Part shown: positions 63,987 through 64,000 of the stretch, in pieces
How positions within the stretch are numbered: the first letter of the stretch is position 1
How the letters are laid out: every line of letters starts with the position of its first letter
Assembly (NCBI GenBank): GCA_951406725.2
Contig: OX597816.1
Coordinates: forward strand, 117,490,001-117,554,000
Source: Octopus vulgaris
Lineage: Eukaryota
Length of the DNA stretch: 64,000 bases
Reading direction: 5' to 3'
Notes under the pieces: generated by a model
Database searches by the model: none
What the model saw: the letters and a program-made list of their open reading frames with translations, nothing else
What the model was told of the DNA's origin: nothing
Position numbers and translations under genes: made by a program

Positions 63987-64000
63987 ATTTTTCCTTTCTT
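63775..64000. repeat. Polypyrimidine (TTCC)/(CCTG)/(TTTC) tract
   Basis: Direct reading. Confidence 0.95.

Overview
AT-rich, microsatellite-dense metazoan DNA with no host protein-coding exon that I can support. The SINE families and repeat style resemble an octopus (coleoid cephalopod) genome; this is an inference from recognition, not a database match. The window is a mobile-element graveyard. It holds several tRNA-derived SINE families (dozens of copies, several with clean TSDs), two CR1-group LINE fragments, two decayed HERO/NeSL-like RLE retrotransposons and three Tc1/mariner elements (a near-intact IR/DR DD34E, a DD36E and a deleted maT-like copy). It also holds a rearranged Penelope-like element (PLE), MITEs, and a gag/ORF1-only retroelement capped by a perfect 32-bp hairpin. 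The most notable signals not explained by the ORF track are: three type-I hammerhead ribozyme folds with palindromic stem III in (TA)n-embedded PLE-type units; foldback units nested in (TA)n; self-terminating tRNA-like Pol III cassettes enclosed by inverted repeats; a SINE/LINE shared 3' tail; and a probable SINE 3' transduction. Coordinates of decayed repeats are approximate (about +/-10-30 bp). Family letters A-F are my own labels.
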